Below, in pieces: positions 11,468 through 18,611 of a stretch of DNA of 18,611 bases. Positions within the stretch are counted from its first letter, which is position 1. Every line of letters starts with the position of its first letter. This DNA comes from Octopus sinensis (Eukaryota). The DNA is taken from NCBI RefSeq assembly GCF_006345805.1, contig NW_021824871.1, positions 1 to 18,611 on the forward strand, read 5' to 3'. Below the pieces are notes generated by a model. The model worked only from the letters and a program-made list of their open reading frames with translations, made no database searches and was not told the origin of the DNA. A program made the translations under genes and the position numbers.

Positions 11468-11983
11468 CGTACAATACAAGTCTCATCGCCTGTTGAATTT
11501 CGTCGTAGCTCCTCATCAAGGTAAATAAAAGCTAGGAGAAAGAGTGAGTCGGTGGTACGATGGTATTGCTGATAGTGGTGGTGGGATGGTGGAGATAAAC
11601 TTGTAGGGAGCAACCCTAACTCCCTTTCCATCTCCATCACTCTTCCGTTTTCTATAAGTTTCTTATTCATTTTTATTTTTTTATTTATTTGTTCTAATAA
11701 CACCAATACTGACCACCTGACTCGTTAAATGTTGAATGGTGGGATTCACATGACCCGTTGATAGAAGGAAAAGAATAACCTTTCCTCTTTCACACTTGCA
11801 GCCCTCCTTTCCCTTCATCACTCTCGTTCTTTCTTATTCTCTCTCACGAATGAATAAGTTAATGAATATACGAAAATGTACAACTATACACATTGTTATG
11901 CTTGCGGACAGTCTTGCTGGTTTTTGTCAATTAAAAACATGCACTATTCACTTGGTCTTCATTTCATATTATTTTTAATTTTT

Positions 11984-12037
11984 ATGTCTGTCAAAGTTCT
12001 TTCGTCACATATTCTGTGACCTCATCAGTGACTCCAT
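11984..12037 (-). ncRNA. Minimal type-I hammerhead ribozyme motif (Penelope-like-element type), probably partly degenerate
   Basis: Minus strand: GUCA-CUGAUGA-G-GUCACA gaaua UGUGAC-GAAA-G aa C-UU^UGAC. Core CUGAUGA (12028-12022), perfect 6-bp stem II, GAAA (12003-12000), CUU cleavage triplet, stem I GUCA/UGAC. Confidence 0.7.
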
Positions 12038-12264
12038 GTCCCATGCGTCCCATCTTATCCTGCTTATTCCATTTTGTCCATCTGTGTATGTATCCATCTC
12101 CATCTGCACGTCTGTATATGTCTGTGTGTGTGTGTGTGTGTCTCGTGTGCGTGTAAATGGGTTCGTATATTACACTGTTTGTACCAGTGTCGTTTACCTA
12201 TCTATCTACATAGCTATATATCTGTTTTTCCTTCTCTTTCTCACTCCGTCTTTAGTATGTATGT

Positions 12265-12301
12265 GTGTTTCTTGCGTGCGTGTATCGCACGCAAGAAACA
12301 C
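12265..12301. repeat. Perfect 16-bp inverted repeat with a 5-nt loop
   Basis: gtgtttcttgcgtgcg tgtat cgcacgcaagaaacac. Confidence 0.95.
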
Positions 12302-12589
12302 GCACTGTCAGCGTAGTTATTGATATATGACTTAACATAAGGGGAGCAAGAAAAGGTAGTTTTAATTGTGTGTTTGTTAAAACATTTAGTGCTTCTAAGA
12401 GTTCTAGGGAAGTGAATATCAACTAAATGCAAGAATGTTCTACCTACATTTATCCTAACATTAAAGGAGAAAGGGGGCAAAGCATAAAACTTTCCGAGAC
12501 GTATGCTTACGACTACTATATGATAGAGGAGATGGGGGTTGTACAAGGTTTTACCAGGAAAGCTTTTGAAAGCTTTTCTGAATATCTAT

Positions 12590-12664
12590 CTATGTATATA
12601 TATATATATATATATATATTGTGTGTGTGTTGTGTGTGTGTGGTTTGTGTGTGTGTGTGTGTGT

Positions 12665-12700
<36 letters not shown>

Positions 12701-12822
12701 AGTCTATGTGTGTATGTATATATCTATATATATATATATATTCACACACACACACACACATATATACATATATAATATATATATATATGTATATATTCAC
12801 ACACAACACAATATATATATAT

Positions 12823-12854
<32 letters not shown>

Positions 12855-12891
12855 CACACACACACAATATATATATATTATATATATACAT

Positions 12892-12936
<45 letters not shown>

Positions 12937-13010
12937 TATACATATATGTGTATATATGCATACATATACACACAGACATAAATACGCACAGACACACACA
13001 CATATACCTG
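12590..13010. repeat. Compound (TA)n/(TG)n/(CA)n microsatellite field
   Basis: Direct reading. Confidence 0.95.
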
Positions 13011-13382
13011 TACTCATATTTCGAGTTTCTGTTTTCTTGTTTGCATCATCAACTCTGCAAGAGATAGACGGACAGTCAGTCAGCGAGATTTAAATTTGTA
13101 TATAATATATCATTAGTTTAAGGTACACGGAAGAATTTAGTAAAGGACGAATTATAAAGGTGAATATAAGGCCACGTGATTTATATGCAGCTGAAGCAAT
13201 GGGGATTCGATTTATTAAAGTTTCAATTATGAAGAGAATTTCGACAGAATTTCTATGTTTTTACAGAAGGAAATGAGACTTTTTTAAATACGATTCTATA
13301 AAATTTTTTTTTTTTTTTTTTTGATGACTTCATAGACTTGAAACTGTGGTCAGTGTCTCAAATTGTATTATACCTAACATTA

Positions 13383-14624
13383 CGATGGTGGGCTTCAAAG
13401 CTAATAGGCTAACTATGACCGAGTGATGCTTGAGCTGTGAAATATTCGATGCATTGATTTCAACCCCTCTTATTAATAACTGCATTGTGTCTTTCTAGGT
13501 AAAGTGACATCTGACTGCTGAAAGAACACTTCAAATGTAATAAATAGCAATCCCTCTTGAAAAAAAGTTTGACAGTGTGCTATTTTAAAATACCTGCAGA
13601 AAAACCGGTTTAGCCCCCCAAAGATATTAAAGCTGTCGTGGTTGCTACATTAGAGGATCACGCTCCATCTTTATCAACAGTGCAAAAGTGGGCAGCTGAA
13701 TTTAGGAGGGGAACGGACAGTCTGAAAAAAGACCCAAGGTCAGAACGAACTTCTACTTCCACTACGGAGGAAAACATTGATCGTGTTCACCACACTGTAA
13801 AGAGTGACAGGCAATTGACTATAAATCAAAAAGCCAATGTTATTAGCATATCTTTTGAGAGAATTGAGAAAATTCTACACAATGAACTCAGTATGACAAT
13901 GGTTTTTGCTCCTTGGTTGCCTCGTCTTTGAGACCTAATCAAAAGCACACCAGGCTGATGAAATCCCGGTAAAATCTGACATTCTTTGAGGCAGATCCAG
14001 TTGGTTTCCTTGAATGTTTCCTAAGCAAGGATGGGTGTTGGATTCTTCACTTTGAGCCAGAGGCAAAGAGACCATCCATGGAGTGGAAACGTCCCCTTAC
14101 CTGCTTCAAAGAAGCTTCATCTGTAAGGAAGGTGATGGCCTCAGGTTTTTGAGATGCAAAAGACATTGTACTTCTTGACTATCTTCAAAAGTGCCACACC
14201 ACAATGAACAATACTATGTCAACTTACAGAGGCAGTTACGAATGGCTATCAAAACCAAATTCCCAGGAAACTGATTAAAGAGGTTGTGTTTCATCAATAC
14301 AATGCACCAGCACACAAGTCCTTGGTTTCAATGGCTGTTGTGCTGGGCTATGACTTTGAACTGATTGATCAACCTCCCTATTTTCCTGATGTGGTCCCAT
14401 CTGACCACCGTCATTCCCCAACGTTAAAAAAGCACTTGGCTAGGAACCTGTTTGCTGTTAATGACTTTTTGACCAACCGAATAAAAGCTTCTTCACCAGT
14501 GGAATCCAGGCACTGCAACACCGATGGGGGAAGCGTGTGGGAACCATGCTGAAAAATAAAGCTCATTTGGTTATATTCCATGAGAGTGTTTTGGTCAGCC
14601 TAAAATAATTTTATCCAACCTTCG
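13383..14624 (+). mobile_element. Mariner DNA transposon (irritans/Himar1-like subfamily), near full length (1242 bp), decayed
   Basis: 31-bp TIRs at 13383-13413 and 14594-14624, 20/31 identical by manual alignment. TA on the left (13381-13382) and TG on the right. Internal transposase remnant. Confidence 0.9.
13557..14559 (+). pseudogene. Mariner DD34D transposase pseudogene
   Basis: HAPSLSTVQKWAAEFRRG; DPRSER; APWLPRL (WVPRxL motif); KVMASGF*DAK; FHQYNAPAHKSL (HxDNAPxH); QPPYFPDVVPSD (PPYSPDLAPSD); C-terminus SGIQALQHRW...AEK*. Multiple frameshifts and stops; the start position is approximate. Confidence 0.92.
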
Positions 14625-14853
14625 TGTGTGTGTGTGGTGTGTGGGTGTGTTTAAAAGAATAAAAAGAAATGGAGACGGGGAAGTTAATAATTGTTTATTA
14701 TTAACAGAAGATTGCGGCTGTTTCAGTTAATGCTCAGTAAATATTAAATAAATATTAAATTTATATGACAAGAGCATAATATCTTCAGAGAGCCAAAAAA
14801 AAATAAACTTTGGTTTTTTATATATGTTTATTGATTCATTATAGCAAACTATA

Positions 14854-14898
<45 letters not shown>

Positions 14899-15113
14899 AT
14901 AATATATATATATATATATATATAATATTATATACAAAAAGAAAATGGAGGAATAGATTTCTTTCAATCATCAACATTCCAGATAATACCTATTCATATC
15001 ATTATTAACTAATTATTTCGATTAAATAGGAACATCCAAATCCAACAGAATAAGACAGAATAAAACAATATACATCAATAAGTAAGATAATACCATAAGA
15101 ATAATACACTAAA

Positions 15114-15249
15114 ATAGATCTTACAGCTGTTTCAGCCTGTAGATAAGAGTATCTCATTATGCCCATATTGGTCAGATGTATTGAGGTAATATGCAGTATA
15201 AAAATGAGTTACTTATATATATATACCTCAAGGCCTCGTCAGAGATTAT
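15114..15249 (-). ncRNA. Type-I hammerhead ribozyme motif (Penelope-like-element type) with a 92-nt insert in stem II
   Basis: Minus strand: AUAAUCU-CUGACGA-GGCCU...92 nt...AGGCU-GAAA-C AGCU G-UA^AGAU(C)UAU. Core CUGACGA (15242-15236), GAAA (15133-15130), GUA triplet (15124-15122), palindromic stem III ACAGCUGU, stem I 4+3 bp with one bulge. Confidence 0.75.
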
Positions 15250-15385
15250 AAAGTACAATTATAAAGATATAAAATGAAGATATAAAATGAAAATATGGAT
15301 ATTAAAGAAGGTACACATATACAGAATATGCATATATACATATATACATATATATAAGTGTATATACACCTAATATATAATATAT

Positions 15386-15489
15386 GTATATACATAATAA
15401 TATACATACACGTAAGGTTACAGTTAATCAGTCCAAAGTTCATTGTATTACATTACTAAAAACTATTATTATTATTATTATTATTATTA

Positions 15490-15578
<89 letters not shown>

Positions 15579-15832
15579 TATTATTATTATTATTAATTAT
15601 ATTAATATAATAATAATAATAATAATACCAATAAAGGAATATGTGCATTCTGCTATTCACAATACATAGTAGATGGAAAAACCACATAAAACATATTAAT
15701 AATTTTAATAATGTAATACAATGAACTTTGGACTTTGTATATGTACCTTTTGATGTGGATATATATGTATATTCCAGTATATAGATCTGATTAACTGTCA
15801 CCTTATGTGTATGTATATTATTATGTATATAC
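15386..15832. repeat. Large inverted duplication flanking (TAT)n/(TAA)n arrays
   Basis: 15386-15431 vs rc of 15787-15832 match at 44/46; 15431-15455 vs rc of 15709-15733 match at 25/25; 53-nt extra segment at 15734-15786 in the right arm. Confidence 0.95.
15464..15628. repeat. (TAT)n array followed by a (TAA)n array
   Basis: Direct reading; source of the poly-I/L/Y/N ORFs. Confidence 0.95.
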
Positions 15833-15953
15833 TTATATATATACATTATTTTACACCGTAGTACAAATGGGTCCTTTACCTAACCGTGCCTAGAAGGAAC
15901 GTGTCGAATTACACTACAAGCAAAGAGTACTGTTTTAAGGCTATAAGTTTATA

Positions 15954-15982
15954 ACCCGAGGGAAACTGGGTCCTTCTGCTAG
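15954..15982 (+). mobile_element. Helitron-like 3' terminus (hairpin plus CTAG followed by T)
   Basis: acccgag ggaaa ctgggt (hairpin with one bulge, 15954-15971), 7-nt spacer, CTAG (15979-15982), then T. This is canonical Helitron 3'-end geometry. The 5' end is not established. Confidence 0.6.
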
Positions 15983-16154
15983 TGTCCATATAAAAAACAC
16001 ATACAAATACGGGCGCGCGTCTGTCTATTGAGATAACGTAATGTCTTTTCTCTCCAAAAAGACACCTGTTTCTGTTCCTACATCATACTTTAGCCTCTCA
16101 ATGCTACAACCTCCACTCACTGTCTGACTTGTCTTAAGAATTTCTTAGTCACCT

Positions 16155-16250
16155 CAGTTATGCTGGTTACCACGAAAAAGTGCCCTGTACACTCTGTAAA
16201 CTGATTAACCTTAGAAGGGGTATCCAGCTGTAGAAAATATGTCTAGGCAG
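16155..16250 (+). mobile_element. Diverged SINE fragment with a V-domain-like motif
   Basis: aaaagtgccctgtacactctgtaaactgattaaccttagaaggggtatccagctgtagaaaat resembles the remembered motif tacactct..ggcattaggaagggcatccagccgtagaaa of cephalopod SINEs and V-SINEs. Confidence 0.5.
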
Positions 16251-16395
16251 ATTTTGTTGCTTGACGCCGTCTTCTGAATGCGTGCGTGCGTGTATGTATA
16301 CATGTATGCATACAAATGGTCGTATTTGTATGGCTAAATAGGGTTGTGTGTTTTATCTATTTAACTTATTTGCTATTAGTATATTATTTGGGTAA

Positions 16396-16575
16396 AAGGC
16401 AGCCAACTGGAGGACCATTAGCACTCCAGGAAAATACTTAGCGGTATTTCATCCGCTTTTATGCTCTGAGTTCAAATTTCGCTGATGTTAACTTTGTCTT
16501 TCACGCTTTCCGGGTCGATAGCATAAATACTAGTTGAGCACTTTGGTCGATGTCATTGATTTACCCCCTCTCCCA
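16396..16575 (+). mobile_element. Diverged tRNA-derived SINE (same family as 2105-2775)
   Basis: aaggcagccaactgg...cttagcggtatttc...ctgagttcaaatttcgctgatgttaactttgtctttcacgctttccgggtcgata aligns to the rc of 2300-2540; B-box at 16468-16480. Confidence 0.8.
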
Positions 16576-17049
16576 GCCTGCTAAACTTTGAAACCAATAT
16601 ATTTAAGAACCTTTTTTCTTTTTTTTTTTTTTTAGTTATTTGTTTATAATTTTAGCGAATGCGATGATAATGATTTCAACGTTATGATGTTGTCTCACTA
16701 CTTCTCAACATTCATTGATATTCTCATCTTTTCTTCACTCTTCCTTTCACTGATTCGATTGAAGTTGTCTTCTATTGAAATTTCATGAATTTGTTCTTCC
16801 TTAATTCTAGCAGAATTTTTTTGAAATTTCTGTAGAATGCTCGGAATATATAGGAAATTTTTTAAACAATTTATACTACATTTACAGTTGTAAAATATTT
16901 TCCAGCTGCTGGCGAAACCCACAATAAAATGAAAAACTTGTTTCTTTGTTAAATCAAATAAAAGTGTTTCAATAAAATCGTTTGCTTTTTCTTTATAACT
17001 TCTTTCAGATCTATTTAAAGTTCGGTCTCCGTGAAGATTGAATTAAATT

Positions 17050-17342
17050 TCTACCTATATACATACACATACACATGCATACGCATATACACACATACAC
17101 CCATACACACACATTATTTTAACATGTATGTGTGTGTGGGTGTGCGTTGGAAATATAGACTTACGTATCTATACGAATATGTACACTCACACGCGCATCA
17201 ATATACATATGTACACACATGTACTTAGAATTTGTACATACAACGCGCATGCGCGCATACTCACACAAACAAAACATACACACACAGACATTCTCCTCTC
17301 TCACGCACGCACACTCAACAATCACACACACACACACACACA

Positions 17343-17377
<35 letters not shown>

Positions 17378-17430
17378 ACACCACACACCCACACACACAC
17401 ACGCACATGCCCACATACACAAAGTAAACG
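17050..17430. repeat. Degenerate (CA)n/(CT)n microsatellite field
   Basis: Direct reading. Confidence 0.9.
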
Positions 17431-17779
17431 CGTGTGGATAGGTGTACTTAATAGCTGAAGATCTGTTAAGAAGAAATTTTACATTTTGTTGAACATTACG
17501 CTCATCTACTCCTCTCATCTTCTTTTCACTTCAATCTTGCCTTCTCTTTTTTCTTTCCTTCCTTTCCTCTGCCTTATTTTTTGCTCTGGTTCTTCAGTTA
17601 AAATAAAGAAGAAACAACTAAGAAGTACCAATAATAACAATAATAATAATAATTATAAAAGAACAAAAAGACAGTAAGAAGAAACCTATATATTTTTCTA
17701 GTTATACACAAATAACATTTTTTTCAAATTCTCACCTTTTCTTTTCTGAGTTGTGAATTTGTATTTTAATATCTATGTC

Positions 17780-17818
17780 TATTTTTTTGTATGTATGTGT
17801 ATGTGTGTGTGCGTGTAT

Positions 17819-17895
<77 letters not shown>

Positions 17896-17905
17896 TGTGT
17901 GTACA
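17780..17905. repeat. (TG)n microsatellite
   Basis: Direct reading. Confidence 0.95.
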
Positions 17906-18404
17906 CATATGAATAGAGGCATTTGTGTATGTATTTATGTATTTCGCACACCATAATTTAAAAACACCGTTATCAACATTTAAAGTCGGTATTTGTACTG
18001 GTTTGAGTTGTATTGAAGTGAAAACGGTTCATTTACGAATGTATTAAAGAGCACGCTTCTTCCTGCAACCGTGAGTTTTAAATCGAATGAATCGCGTGAA
18101 CTGATATATACCCATTTTACATTTCAACCGTCTTAGAAAGTTTACACGGTTTGTTGTTGTTCTTCTTCTTATTATTGATGGTGGTGGTGCGAGCAATGTT
18201 TCTCGTTGCGATATCCATATTAAATGATTTTTATTGCATTAATTATTGTTGTTGATTTGTTAGTATTTTTATGCATGTCAGATAAAGTTTATTACACAGT
18301 CGTGAGGAACAGCTTTTACCAAACGTGTTTTCTAAAACAAGAAGACACAAATAAACACATTGCGGCGCACACACACACACACAACATACCACAGACACAC
18401 ACAC

Positions 18405-18436
<32 letters not shown>

Positions 18437-18611
18437 CATACACACGCCACATTGCATTCAAACACGCCTCACACACAATTATTGCTGAGCCGTCGCAATG
18501 TCCTGTCACTTCAATCATGTTAATGCGACCGAAATATTAACAATCTAAACTGACACCACTGGGGATCGATCCTTGTACTTTCAGCAAAACCGATTAAAAA
18601 TATCGACTTAG

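Noticed and set aside
12557-12579. gaaagctttt x2, considered as a heat-shock element
   Set aside because: The GAA/TTC spacing does not fit nGAAnnTTCn; it is a simple 10-bp tandem duplication.
16981-17040. Strong plus-strand acceptor (ttgctttttctttataacttctttcag, ending at 17008)
   Set aside because: All frames stop within ~11 codons and no good donor follows; insufficient to call an exon.

Overview
Eukaryotic, repeat-rich non-coding DNA. No complete protein-coding gene is supportable, and almost all ORFs in the track come from (TA)n/(CA)n/(GA)n/(TAT)n microsatellites. The tRNA-derived SINEs and the extreme microsatellite density resemble an octopus (coleoid cephalopod) genome; this is pattern recognition, not a database result. 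The window holds: a decayed but end-to-end Chapaev3-type DNA transposon (4199-6435, -) with CACAAGT termini; a near full-length decayed irritans-type mariner (13383-14624, +); a decayed Jockey/I-group LINE fragment (~9780-10870, +); several SINEs, one nested in another with a ~23-bp target-site duplication; and a Helitron-like 3' end (15954-15982). The most notable signals are two minimal type-I hammerhead ribozyme motifs on the minus strand (11984-12037 and 15114-15249), of the kind associated with Penelope-like retroelements, and a possible third copy split into inverted halves (3810-3864). The 15.1-kb motif has an intact catalytic core, a palindromic stem III and an unusual 92-nt insert in stem II. 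It sits next to a ~450-nt inverted duplication and the Helitron end. A few isolated exon candidates are weak.
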